DNA of 46,614 bases, filler included, from Catajapyx aquilonaris (Eukaryota), in assembly GCA_000934665.2 (NCBI GenBank). It is 2 parts of 2 records of this genome, joined end to end, with 100 filler letters (N's around TTAATTAATTAA, not from the genome) between each part and the next. Parts side by side here need not be neighbours in the genome. Positions count along the whole stretch, not along the records: positions 1 to 23,247 come from JYFJ02005713.1; 1 more part is not named here. One strand, written 5' to 3'. Each line of letters starts with the position of its first letter. Position 1 is the stretch's first letter. Shown in pieces: positions 1 through 12,359 of the stretch. The notes under the pieces were generated by a model. The model was not told where the DNA came from. It worked only from the letters and a program-made list of their open reading frames with translations, and did no database searches. Both the position numbers and the translations under genes were made by a program.

Positions 1-3000
1 CTTTCTCCCCCATCACCTTTCATTATTACTATTCTCTTCTTCTCTTTTTTTTCATCCTCACTGGCTTCTCCCTTTCTCCCAACTGATCAGAATGCAAGGC
101 AACACACTACAAAAAAATGTTTCCAAAAGTGGGACTCAATCTACCATCAATAGAAGATAGTAAAAGTAGTGTGCGTGTACTTGCTTTTTTATTTTTGGGC
201 CAGGAAGGTCTTGGGAGGAAAATGATAATTTACATTTTATAAAGTGCTCAAATTTGGTTTAATGAGTACCTGGAGGTGTGACTTTTCGAGTCATGTTATT
301 AACTTTTATTACGTTCGCATCTCAATTGCTGCAATTTGCTTTATAAAAGGGAGACGCCAGTATAATAATTCACCGCATTTTTTGGGGGGGGAGAGCATGC
401 CTTGTGTAGAGTTGGAGTGAAGAAAAATTGCGGCCACAAAATGTATAAATTTGGTCGCAATTCGGGTTAGCACACACGTGGGCGTAATAAAATGCAACCA
501 TTCTACTTTTTTTTTGAGCTCATTACTCACGTTTCCTGTTCCGGATTTTTCAGATTTATTGTAACAAAACGTCGGAAATGCTAACATGACTCGCCGTAAT
601 ATTTGTCTAGAGTCTCATATATAACTGGGAATTATTTTTGCCTGTAAAGAGGTTATTGCAAAAGTGCTGAGGTATGAAAGTGCCAAGAGAGGTCACGGTG
701 CAACTGAGCGTAAAATTAAATTGCGAGAGAAAATATTTTGTTACACATTCAGTATGTAGCATACATGTGAACAATTTATAATTCAACAAAAATATTTGTA
801 AGGTAAAACTTGAGTCATGGGCGATATTCATAATAAAAAATTGTGATAGCAACAGCCTATGTGTAAAAAGTAATGAAACCTTTTAATGAAACTAATGTAA
901 CTTGTAAGATATTGGTAAAATCAAACACGCGAAATTTCGTCGCGTAATTTAATATTTTTTGCAACAAGATGAGAAAATAATTTTGTACAGTATATACATT
1001 GCAAGTTTAAATTTTTCTTTCGCTTTAATATTAATATTTACATTATTAGCATCAGCTTTAAAAAAATTATACGTGGCTGAACATGTAAAATATGTATACA
1101 TTGCATAAGCAATTAATTGTTTACCATCTAATATGGGCAGCGATCGTCTGATAATGCAGCTGGATAATAATCAGAGAGACTCCGTACAATTAATCTTAAT
1201 TAAAATATTCAATGAGCGCAGTTATAGCGTGAGTGAGTCCAAATATTAACTCGCAGAACCGCCCAGTTTCGCATACTTAACGTGCATTGTGTGCAAAAAG
1301 GTCAGTTACTGGTATTGACCCTGATTATGATCTAACCAGAGTAAGTTCCAGTTGGTGTATGGTGCGGTGGAGCAAAAGGAAAAGAAGAAGAAGAAAAAAA
1401 AATCGCAAACACTTTCTTTGGCGTGTTTTTGCAAGTAGCCCGGAAGCCACTCTTTCCAGTTCTTTTTTGCCCCGCAAACTTTTGCGTGGAATGAATGGCT
1501 TCCTCTTTAAAGAATCTCGCACACACACACACACTAGTTGAAGCGAAAACCTCAAATTATTTTCGATTTCATTCCGAATCGAAAGGCCAGGGAACGTAAT
1601 TGAACCATTTCGTAACATTTTGGTTGTTTTTCTTTCTGGCAACGCATCACGGAACTTGGAGCCTTAATCACAACCCTGCCCACACCGAAAATGAGGGTCA
1701 AGGTGACCCAACCTGCTTCTCTTTTTTTTTTTAAACGGATATCGACACGCACATAAAAAAAACGAAGATGCGTCGGGGGGTGAAATGAAGTGAAAGTTTT
1801 TTTTTTTCAGGTGCGTGGGAATATTATGTTACGCGTGTCTAAATACAGTTTGCATTATAGTGTACTACCTGTTTTAATTTCAATCCTTGCTCATACATGT
1901 AAGTGGGCATTGACCCACATCCGATCTTGTTGAAGAAAAAAAATAACGTTTGTAAAAATCGTATAACTCATATGTAATTTTCTAGACAAAATTTTAAACT
2001 TTTAAAAACGTGTCTCGGCAGGTAGGCCACTGGGTCATCCGGCGTCTCTTGATATGATCTTTGGTATAAGAAGGTGCGACCAAAAAAAAAGTGGACAAAC
2101 TACAAATTAGCCGTTTAAAGACTAGAGACGAAAGTGCAATAGTCGTTGTACAGGAAGAAAATGGCAGACATTTGTCAGAAGCTGTCATTTGTTGTTGGTG
2201 CTAAATAGGTCTCGCTTCCCAAATAAGGAGTAATTGAAGGGGAATAGGGACGCAAATTTATGTCTTTCCAATCCCGATCTTTGCACTTACGAGGATGTAA
2301 AGTGCGCCTAGAAAAAAAAATAAGTGAGCTATTGTCTCTCTCTGAATCTATGTGTTTAAATCATTCAGAGAGAAAAAAACAGTACATGCTGTAGTGTGGG
2401 AATTTTCTTGTAAGACAAATCTCTAATTTCTCTGACTAGTCGTGTGAGTAAATTGTGTAACTTTCAGTTGAAGAGAGTTCTGATCCGTACGGTTTGAAGT
2501 GCGTTGCTCTAGATATCGCAAACAGAGATGAATTTGAAAATTGCACATAAAGGCATGCCATGAATATTGCAAAAACTCTGCTAATAAATTCTTACGAGTA
2601 GCTGAAAAAAACGCAATAAAATATTTCACGAAAAGTAAGAGCATCGGTGAATTAATTAACAACGAAAACATAAAATGAATACATAAATAAAGTCATCTAA
2701 GTGAATTAGTAAATGGCGCGACTTTTATGTAATTTTATTAGAGAATTTGGTTTCATGCTCTTATTATTTTTGTTACTATTGTTCATTTTCTAGCTACGCC
2801 TCTTAGGGCAGAGAAACATCATTTTGCTAAAATTAGGTTGACAGGACACCCTTTTTTTTGAAGGCCTGAAAATAAATTGTTGTGCTTAAGACGTGGAAAC
2901 TCTCAGGTCAAAGGTTCAGCCCTTTCTTTCCAGGCATGACATCCTCACACCACTCGGTTGTCAACAAGGTCAACAATAAAACTTCATATCTCTATATTTA

Positions 3001-4455
3001 AAAAAAAACTCTGCACAGAAGTAGCTCCGATGTCATGCTTAAAAATAGCAGATTAATATCGAAGTCTACGTAATCTCATGCGTTGTGCTCCCATTAAACA
3101 GTAATTTAATAGCCCCGTACTAGTTTCTGTCACGTAAATTCTATTATGACTAAATTAACGGACAAAATGAGGTAGAATGATTTTTAAAGGCTTAAATTAA
3201 AATATTAGATTACATAGAATTAGGATGAATCAGTCATGCAAAACCTGTCCTAACTAGCAATGGCAGCAAAATTGATTGCTACGGCCAATCAATACTTCAA
3301 CTGCTAGTTTTTGGACAATAATAAGTTCTGCTGGGATGTAAATATTTTATAACATTGACTCTCTTCCCCAGCCGGCCACATGAGTGAATGTTACTTCTCA
3401 TCACATTGTCGCTTCGACCTTGATTTAATGCCCCATAACAGTGAGGGAATCAAGTGAATGCCACGGAGCTACCTGTCATCATAAAACGTCGCCATATATC
3501 AAGAGCTGGGAACAATCGCGCCACCATATAATTTGTCACATTCGTTACGGTATGCTGAATGCTGCTATTCCGCACATTCGCCATGTGTGTATGTGAATAA
3601 CAAAAACTATCGCCGTGTATCTATAAATAGCGAGCATAAATATTTTTTGAATGGCGACTCTTGCTGGACTCGATTTCGCTGTTGAGCCGCTCACACACCC
3701 TTGACTCCCTTGGCCATTATTCGATGCCAACTACTACCCTTCTTCCCCACTTCTTCTTCTTGCTTCCTACACACACACACACTCCCTTGTGCTCACCTTA
3801 AACTTTCTTCTCGGATCTAACCCCCCTCCAGGCCACTCTCGCCCCAATTGGGTGCTGCCTTCCTCCTCCATTCGACCCAAAAGCTGGTTGTGCAAGGGAA
3901 CCAGCTTTTAGCCCAGGCTCAGGAATGACAAAAAGACAATGCACAACAACTGGTTTCAAAAAATGACATCCTTTTTTAAGGTTGTCTCTCGTACTCTGAT
4001 AAGTAAAAGCGATGAATACATTACCCTACTTGTTGGACTATTGGACACTTTTGCACCAACAGAATTATTGTCCAGCTTTCTACGTATAAAATAGGCAGCG
4101 ACCACCCGCAGACTTATCTCCGTGATAACTGAAAGAGTCGCTTTCATTCCTTATTGCTTATAATAATTTCCGTGTACCTTGTGTCAAATGCATGTCATTT
4201 GTTAAAATGGATCCGGAGTGGGTGGGATTCGCATAGGAAAATGGGTGGAGGTTGTCTTATTATTATAAAGAAAGACGGACAGTACATAACCAATTTGTTC
4301 CTCAAAGGGACATTTTGTCTGAGATGAAGATTTACATAAACTTATAAGAGAAACTTCTTGACGTCATGTTATAATCGCTGTAAATGTTGAGGTGACATTT
4401 TGGTCTCCGCTGGCTCGTATAATTAGCATGAATTCAAGAGTTCATACCATACATT

Positions 4456-4500
4456 AAACAAACAAACAAACAAACAAACAAACAAACAAACAAACAAACA
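4456..4500. repeat. (AAAC)n microsatellite
   Basis: About 11 perfect AAAC units seen directly. Confidence 0.95.
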
Positions 4501-4669
4501 CATAAATCAGTTTCTTCTATGCACAACAAAAATGAATTATTGCAATTTTGTTGCCTGGACGAATAAAATAATTATTTCGTAATGGACTCATTACGCTTAA
4601 TTCAGGTTCAGTAACAGACAGGCTTAACAGCGGTAATAGCTTTTGACGTGCCTTCCTTTGAACTGAAAT

Positions 4670-7466
4670 CTATAAATCATAAGGAACCACTGATGTCGCG
4701 TTGTGAGTTTCTTTTTCGCTCATCCTGAACTGAATAAGCACCACCAAATAGGTAGTTGCTGAAGCCACCATCTGAAGGAAAAAGTACAATATTTCAGATC
4801 ATTATCAGGGAGCATAAATACTACATAAGAGGCGCAAACTTATTCGGTCTGCGCCATTGATTTTCGCGTCTCTCTGTTTGGGGCCGTTGTCAAGGCTGGC
4901 GGCCATGTTGAAGTGGGGGCAACGCCAACGAGGTTTAAATTGGGTACAGGCAAAAATAGGGTCCGCCATCTTTGATGGTTTTGGCGGCCATGGCAACTAC
5001 AAGGCAAGAACACGCGCGAATCAAAGATGGCGGACCCTATTTTTGCCTGTACCCTATTTATACCTCGTTGGCGTTGCCCCCACTTCAAAATGGCCGCCAG
5101 CCTTGGCAACTCCCCAAACAGAGAGACGCGGAAATCGAATGTTAGCGCCTCTTATGTAGTATATGCTCCCTGTCGTTAACTTCCACCCATTTATTTGCAT
5201 ATACTCACGGATGTCAACAAGGAGCGACTGATGACGAAGAAGTTGCAAGCATTCATTTCCGGAGGTACGCTGGACAGCTTGGAAATTAGATGCTGGATCA
5301 GAAATGTGTATAGTTAATTGTGGCTCTCATTTAGCTCGAGGGTTGAATAAACCAACGGTATATTTACCTGAACCCGTGATTCGGCGTCCATTCCGCAGAT
5401 TGAGACCTCTCGAAGGTTGTCCAAACTGGCCGTGGCCTCCTTGGAAACCCGAGACAAAACAACGGTCAAGGTGACCAGCCTGATGACGAAGATGACGTCT
5501 ACGGTTACGGTAGGGGTCGAGTCGGACCTGAAGTTGCTCGAAAACATGATCGCGTAGGTGACAGTGATCATGAGGATCAGCTGCATCGTGTAGTGGATCA
5601 GAAGAAAGAGGCCGAAGGTATCGCTGGTGCCCTCCACCAATCGCCTTCCACGCTGGAGAAGAAGTCGAAGCTGCTCCAGACGATGCAGGTCCTGCTGTCC
5701 TCGAAATGTCCTAGACATTTCATTGCCCGGACACTTCGGAAAAAGGAGGGACAGACTCATGTTGATGCATCGGAATCGCAGGAAGAGTGCTTCGGTCAGA
5801 ACGGACAACTGGATGCAAGGCATGCTCTGGAGGATGTGGCACACCTCCAGGACCCCACAGAAAACCAGATCCGCTGGTGCTGGATCTGGAAGCTACAACA
5901 GGAACATTATCATCTTCACTAAAACAAAACAAATGTGACTTACAGAGAGGTAAATTAAAGGACTTATGGTGTATGAGAGCACGATCACAAAAGCTGTGGT
6001 CAGCATGAACCTCTTGGAACTCTCCATCAGCTTCGGACACCGTACGACCGAGGCTCGTCGCATTTGCTCCTCAAACTCGTCCATGTTGTTCACCAGGCGA
6101 CAGACGTTCGGTGTTTGAACCACCGCCATCAACATCACCAGAAGCGCTTCAAGACCCTGAACTACACAAATGGAATGAAGCCAACACAATATCTGCCATT
6201 TTTATTCGCACGTTTTAAAAGTTGGACGAGCTGTGCTTTTACCTCGACAGAAGAGTGACTGCACGAGATAGTCCGTTGCGTCTGCGTATGGTATCTTGTC
6301 TGTGAAATTGGTCGCGTCCCACACCCACTTGACCATGATGAATGTGAGTCCAGCGGCCACCAGAAGGCTCCACGTGCTCTCCAGACTGAGTGTCCGATGG
6401 CTGTCCATTATGTGATGCGTACATTCCAATTAAGATAAAAGCATGAAAAATCGTTATTGCACACTCTTGCACATGAGATACTACTGGCCAACCTGCACTC
6501 AAGGCGGATTGAACCACTCCTTGTTATTAGTTGGTGGCATGCTGTGCGTGACACTTTGCATCAAGAGATACGCGTTAGGTCTAAGGGTGACATGATATTG
6601 AAGATTGGTGACACAAATGACCTGCTTTTAAGTCCCAGGATGGCAAATGATAGTACGCATTGACGTGTGTTTCTTAACATGTAAAAATCTCCGTTCTTAA
6701 TTGCATCTACAATATATTTTAAAAGACGATAACAAATCAGTCGCAATAAGTGATTCTCAAGATCCTCAGGTACGATATGGATTATTATTGTGAGTGATGA
6801 CATAATACTTCAAATGATGCTAAGTTTGCTTTCAAGGGCAAGGGGCAGAGAGAGAGAGGCTTTAAGTATAGGTGACGTAATTAATGGAGTAATTAACGAC
6901 CATTTAGAGACGACCAAATTAATCATACGATGTGTCATTTCATTTTCGTTGCTATGGCCCTGTTTAATGGACTTTTTGAGCCGAAGTTAATGTTGCCATC
7001 ACATCGGAACAACTGGGCAAACACTGGTAAACGAATGGTGTTAATCCAATCAGACCACAAGGAAACAATATGTCAACTTGTTAATAATTCTAGCACTTTC
7101 GATAGTTTTCGCTCAATTAAGACACCAGCAAAATGCTGCTCACCTGAGAGCTCTTTTCCAGCAGAAGACGTTCTGCGCAGGAAACGAACCCAGCACTTTG
7201 GCCAAGCACAGCAAAGGCCTCATGCACCCAGTCACCACTCCAGGAGGCCTGTTGCTGCTTTCTTTTTGTTGGGAGTCGCAACCATAATTGTGTTCGGCAG
7301 CCCCCATTTTCCTTCCGAACCCTTCTGGGCTCTGCAGAGACCCACTCTTATTGCTGCTCATGTCCCTCTGAACTCCGTCTCGGTACATGTCTTGTCCGAT
7401 GTGTCTCTCAGAAAGAGGCGCATCGTAGGTGGTGTCTGGCTGGATGACGGGTCTCGCGTGATGCAT
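4670..7466 (-). CDS. Gustatory receptor (7TM chemoreceptor family), paralog A, 6 coding exons
   Basis: GT-AG spliced model: 7466-7144, 6400-6243, 6161-5944, 5892-5368, 5292(or 5298)-5209, 4771-4670. N-terminal MRPLLCLAKVLGSFP, several hydrophobic segments, NACNFFVISRSLLTS, and a last exon with the GR signature TYLVVLIQF. The two final introns are phase 0, as is typical of GRs. Start codon uncertain. Confidence 0.9.
4806..5172. mobile_element. Long palindromic (foldback/MITE-like) element in the last intron of GR paralog A
   Basis: Inverted arms at about 4859-4977 and 5020-5136, extended outward by CTACATAAGAGGCGC/GCGCCTCTTATGTAG (TA-flanked) and CAGGGAGCATA/TATGCTCCCTG. Contains CCGCCATCTT motifs. 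Confidence 0.8.
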
Positions 7467-8286
7467 CACCACTGACTAACTGATGTCCTGCTGTGCTGTC
7501 CTACACACATACTGTCTCTGATGCGCAGACGTCCAAACGATTCTCGGAACACTCTTTTTCCCTTTGGTGGACGGAATGTGGCAGCTACGCCCCAAAATTA
7601 TGAATATTTTCTGATTTGAATACATTGCAAGCACGGCAGGGTGGTGATTGATCACTTCAGATCCTCTAGTGGACTCTTTATCTGATATCTGGATGTCACT
7701 TTTCTGACGATTTATGGCGCGGGTTTGGGGGTGATGTGTGTGTGTCGTTGTCCAGGCGATTCAACGCCCTGATTATGGGTATATTCTATATATGTTTAAC
7801 GACAAGGTTTGCGTCACCTGACTCTATTCAATTTATGGTGTTGAAGCTACAACAAATGGGCAGCAGCCTACAAAAATCAACTCTCCGAAGTTTAAAGAGG
7901 TAATTGCAATAAGCAGTATATCATACAATAGCCTCTATGAAAGTGCAGACATGTTACACTTGCCCAGGTGTCCCGATGACATGTAGTAGGTACTGGCACC
8001 ACACTTTTTACTTGTCAGGCATAATCCTTCATGACATACGAGTGTATTATACACTAGCCCCGAAGGTGGAATAAGTGTCAGGATAACGAGCAGTCGTGTC
8101 GCCAAACCAGATTAACCTGGCAGTGATGATGATGTTATCGGACTGGGAGGCAGCGGGTGTACCGGTCACACACGCTTCAACACATGCACTGCACGACTAG
8201 CTTGATAACGTCACAAAAAGTCATCTGGACATAATATAAACACATGCAAATTTCATCAGTCAAGAGTTGTGGGCCTCACAAAATAT

Positions 8287-10809
8287 TCAAGCAGTGTTGT
8301 TGGCCTCTGTCGAGTTTGGTTTGCTGCTGGTGTCGCTGCCCATTCTGAACTGTATCAGGACCACCAGGTACGTAGTTGCTGAAGCTACCATCTGAATCAT
8401 AATGATCAGCATCAAATCCTTATTATAATCGGCTTATTCTCACTATCGGATGTTTGTCCGACCTGAAAGTACACTAATCATCCGCACGACTTGAGAGCGG
8501 CAGGAGTGTGCAGGGGAAGGGTGCGCCATCTATCCGTGAAGAATAGCACTACGTGTTAAATCGGCCTCCAGCGGGATACTATCAGGTCGGACAAACATCC
8601 GATCATCAGAAGAAAGATAAGTGTTGCCAAAATTTGGCAATGAATTCACTACTAACTAATATTACCATGCAGATGTCACGATCTTACCGATGTAAGGAGA
8701 GAGCGACTTATGCTGAAAAAGTTGCTGGCAGTTATTTGCGGGGGCTGTCCTTTAAGGCTCAGCAACAACTGCTCAACCTGAAGGAAATAAACGTCACATT
8801 TTGGATCAGAAAGTTGCTAATAATTCGCAAAAAAAAAGGTGCAACCTGATGTCTTGAATCTGAATCCAAGTCGATCAGTCTGACCTCTCCAATGTCTTCA
8901 TGGCAGGCGGTGGCCTATAAGTATTCGCAATATTATTGTACTTGTATATTTTATGTCAATATGTATTATTACAACACATACCTGCGATGGTATCCTCGAG
9001 AGAAGTATGGTTGAGCTGACAAGTCTCATAATCATGATGAGATCGAAAGCTGCACAGGCGTACACAGCATTTGGGTATCCCTCGAATGTGGAGGCGAAGA
9101 GAGTGGCGTAGGTGGCTGTGATGGTCAGAATCAGGGCAAAAGTGTAGTGAATCAGAAGGGAAGGACCGTACGTGTCTCCCATGACCTCAACCAGTCTGGA
9201 CACTCTGTGGTGGAGGAGCCGCATCGCCTCCAGACGGTGCTTGTTCTGCACAATCACAAAAAAAAGTGTCCATCCTCTCTGTCACCTTATTATGAGGGAA
9301 TGAAACGTACCTGAGAGTCGAACACCCTGCAATAGTGTGCGCAGGGATCCAACTGGCCAGACTTGAGAGGCCTGGGAAACATGGATATTATGCTGGAGTT
9401 GACTGCTTTGAATCGGTTGCACAGGACCTGGGTGAAGAAGGACATCTGAACGCAGGGTATGGACTCCATCAGGGTGATTGTGGTGAGCATTGTCACGAAT
9501 ATTTTGTCGTCCATGGTCGGGTACTCAATCTGCAGAATAAACACAAAAATGGGCACACTCTCCCTTCCAGGGGCTCCCCCGTATCAGCCTGATGTGATTC
9601 AAGTCATTGAATTTCAAATTGAATGTATTCCGATGAATTACCGAGGTGTACAAGAGTGGTCCTGCCAGCTGAGATATGCTGAAGGTGACTGCCATTGCTA
9701 AAATCGTCCCCTTTGAGTTCTTCTTGATGAAACGTCGGTCTTCCTCAACCAGTGACATTCTAAGGTTCTCCTCCAGGGTGTCCAGACGACGCAGTAGTTC
9801 GCACATCGACGGGGATTTTGCAATCATCACTGCCATTGCCAGCAGGCCTTCCAAGCCAGACACTGTAATTTGAGCAGGCGTGTTGGCCAATCAATATAAT
9901 ATTCAGGCAATAAAATAATATTCACTGTACAGAAAACTCAGCCTGATGAAAATATTATGCCAACCTCGACAGAAAATGTGGACCACGAGCAGGTCCGTCT
10001 GGTCCGAGCCTGTGTTGGTGATGGTGCTGAGTGCAGAGTTCCACATGTACCGCATCACCAAGAACGTCAAGAGCGACAACAGACCCAGACTCCAGAGCAT
10101 CTCCAGGCTGAATCTGGTCGACCTAGTAAAACGTTGTTGCCATTTAGCGTGACAAACACTATAGTTGAACCTCCTCCTGTGATCACCCATTCGTCAATTG
10201 GCTTCATGACTTTGCACGCGACGAAACAATGGGAGGGCGACACTGAAGACGTTACGTCTCTGGCACAGACGTCAATTGGCACGCAAATATTGCTTCAAGA
10301 CCACGGTTTCCATCTGTATACTCAGTAAATAATTGCTGAAGCCATCAAGAGCGAGCTCTATTGGGTCATTATCCGAGATGAAGTTCACGGCTAATTATTC
10401 TGCTTACGTATATGTGCGGCCTTTGTTTCAGCTAGTTGGCCTTGTCAAGTGCTGTGAATTATTGAGCATTCCGTGGACAATATCGCAGGGTGCAACACAT
10501 TTGTTTCATCGCTGCCAAGACTTAGCAGCTCGTTGTATAGGCCAAAGTTACAAACGATTATTAATCGATACTCTATTACTTTATGTTGGTGATGGTTCTT
10601 TTATGCAGCAGAAACAGACATTATTACCTGACAGCCCAGTTTCTTCCCCAGAAGACGTTCTGGGCTGGGAGCATCCCCAGGGCCTTGGAGGCGCACAGGA
10701 TGGGTCTCATGGATGCTGTGACCGACCCAGAGCACAGCATCAGTCCATCAGCAGCGTCCCCCGTCACGTCCCCTTTGCTCGGACGCACCTGGTGTCTCAT
10801 GGCAGGCAT
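8287..10809 (-). CDS. Gustatory receptor, paralog B, 8 coding exons
   Basis: Exons 10809-10628, 10122-9965, 9862-9642, 9529-9311, 9245-8982, 8914-8846, 8777-8688 (90 bp), 8391-8287, all GT-AG and frame-consistent. MRPILCASKALGMLPAQNVF is homologous to paralog A; C-terminal MVASATTYLVVLIQF. An additional upstream exon is possible. Confidence 0.9.
8445..8603. mobile_element. Small inverted-repeat element (MITE-like) in the last intron of GR paralog B
   Basis: 22-bp perfect inverted repeat ATCGGATGTTTGTCCGACCTGA at 8445-8466 and 8582-8603. No clear TSD. Confidence 0.65.
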
Positions 10810-11707
10810 CTTAAGACCTGCGTCTCTCTCTGTGTTGATTCCCCACTCGTATGTGGGGGGCTACCTATAAAGCACCAGTCATTAAGTGGGCCTGTGACGA
10901 ATGGGTCGCGTGACGTGAGTGTTTCTCACTCAACTTCTTGGCAATGTCGCATTACAGCCCTTCAGGGACTCCCGTGTCCTTCTTCTTTCTTTAATATCAG
11001 ATCGTTGCGCAACAGCAACTGGACACGCTCAATAAAAAGCACAGGTGATGTTCATATCAGCAAAAACTTTGACAAAATTTGGCGGTAGTTATTACTAAAA
11101 CTCAAATGTTATTACAGGATTCATAAAACGCATATAATTACCTCCAGTCAACTCTGCAGGTTACATTGAGTTTGACCGCAGACAGAAAAATTACGCGGGT
11201 CAAACAGAAATAATGAAGTGATTATATAAACTTCGGTAATGTCGCACACATTATTCATGAGGATCGATACTGGATATTGAGCAAAGTTGTTGCAATAAAC
11301 AACAATGGAATTCATATTCCACCAAACCATTTGAAGTGACTTCACTCGTGACGCCCAACTCAATATTGCTCCTTATTCGAGCCGTACTGGAATTATTAAA
11401 AAATCATGCGACTGCTGCTGCTTTTTGTATGTGAAGGTGACTATTTTGTGGCCGAATGTTGATTTATGGCCTCTTATTCATTGCATGTTACTCACCACAA
11501 AGAAAGTCAATAGTGGCAACGCAGTGCAAGTCTTATATCGTTTCATTTTAATGACCGCAACAGCAAGTTACACCAAGCCATCACCCAGGTTATTGAATTA
11601 TTGTAATCTGTAAAAATGGGTTTGCCCAAAAATGAAACATTGTAATGATATCAAAGCTTCTTTAGTGCCAGAACCCCCAAATATTAATTACTTCTGCTTG
11701 AATAATT

Positions 11708-11956
11708 GAAGGGGTCGGTGCAATACTGCCCTAACCCTCCCAAACCTGATTTTGAGAAAACTGCAGTTGAAAGTTTGAGAGGCCATATACATCCCATATA
11801 CCATGTGACTTATTTCATTTGATTTCTCAGTGACCGATGGCAGAAACTGCACAATTTCAATGGATTTTATTAGATACATGAGTGTAGTACATGGAAGTGT
11901 GCTTAACTCAATTTGTGTCATTTGGTGGGTTAGGGCGGTATTGCACCGACCCCTTC
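11708..11956. mobile_element. Non-autonomous DNA transposon with AATT target-site duplication (Sola1-like)
   Basis: About 36-bp TIRs GAAGGGGTCGGTGCAATAC(T/C)GCCCTAACCC, flanked on both sides by AATT. A 4-bp AWWT TSD is characteristic of Sola1; the superfamily call is inference. Confidence 0.75.
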
Positions 11957-12200
11957 AATTATTAGTGTAGATCAAGGGGTACTCTGAGGCCTTGAATACG
12001 TGAATCTTACTGATTAGAAAAGATGACCTTGAACTCAATACCTGTTTGGAAATACGTCACAGATCAAAGAATCAAATCAAGTTCAGGGAGAATTGACGCT
12101 ACCAGCGGAGTCTATTTATAGCCACACGTGTTGGAACATTGCAGATAGTCCTTATCTCTTTACAGTTCTATACGCAATTTCAGCTAATACCTAGCCTAAT

Positions 12201-12225
12201 ATTCACGACCAATTCGTCGAGTGCT
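12201..12225 (+). promoter_or_regulatory. Conserved non-coding motif upstream of IR paralog 1
   Basis: ATTCACGACCAATTCGTCGAGTGCT matches 20361-20385 upstream of IR paralog 2 at 24 of 25 positions. Confidence 0.5.
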
Positions 12226-12359
12226 AAGCATTGCCAGCCATGCAATATTTTCTGCAGATTGTCCCGAGTCTACTGCTTTTAGTGGCTATGAAATGGAGTG
12301 GACGTTACGTTTTATGCGTCACATTGAGGGTCCTCCAGGGCTTCAGTGTGCCATATGCA

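Noticed and set aside
1..4450. Short ORFs, (AC)n tracts and small hairpins such as AAAGCTGGTT/AACCAGCTTT near 3880-3910
   Set aside because: Low-complexity AT-rich non-coding DNA with no supportable gene or element boundaries.
4805..5159. Overlapping ORFs on both strands with near-identical translations
   Set aside because: A by-product of the palindromic element inside a GR intron.
8738..8745. Suspected frameshift in GR paralog B at a G run
   Set aside because: Recounting gives five G, which reads CCC CCG CAA in frame, and the exon is exactly 90 bp.
10333..11088. 251-aa plus-strand ORF
   Set aside because: Antisense to GR paralog B exon 1, non-ATG start and no recognisable domain.
12231..12359. 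N-terminal extension of the IR1 ORF
   Set aside because: A better signal-peptide start, comparable to IR2, is at 12360; the upstream part includes acceptor-like sequence and is probably UTR or intron.
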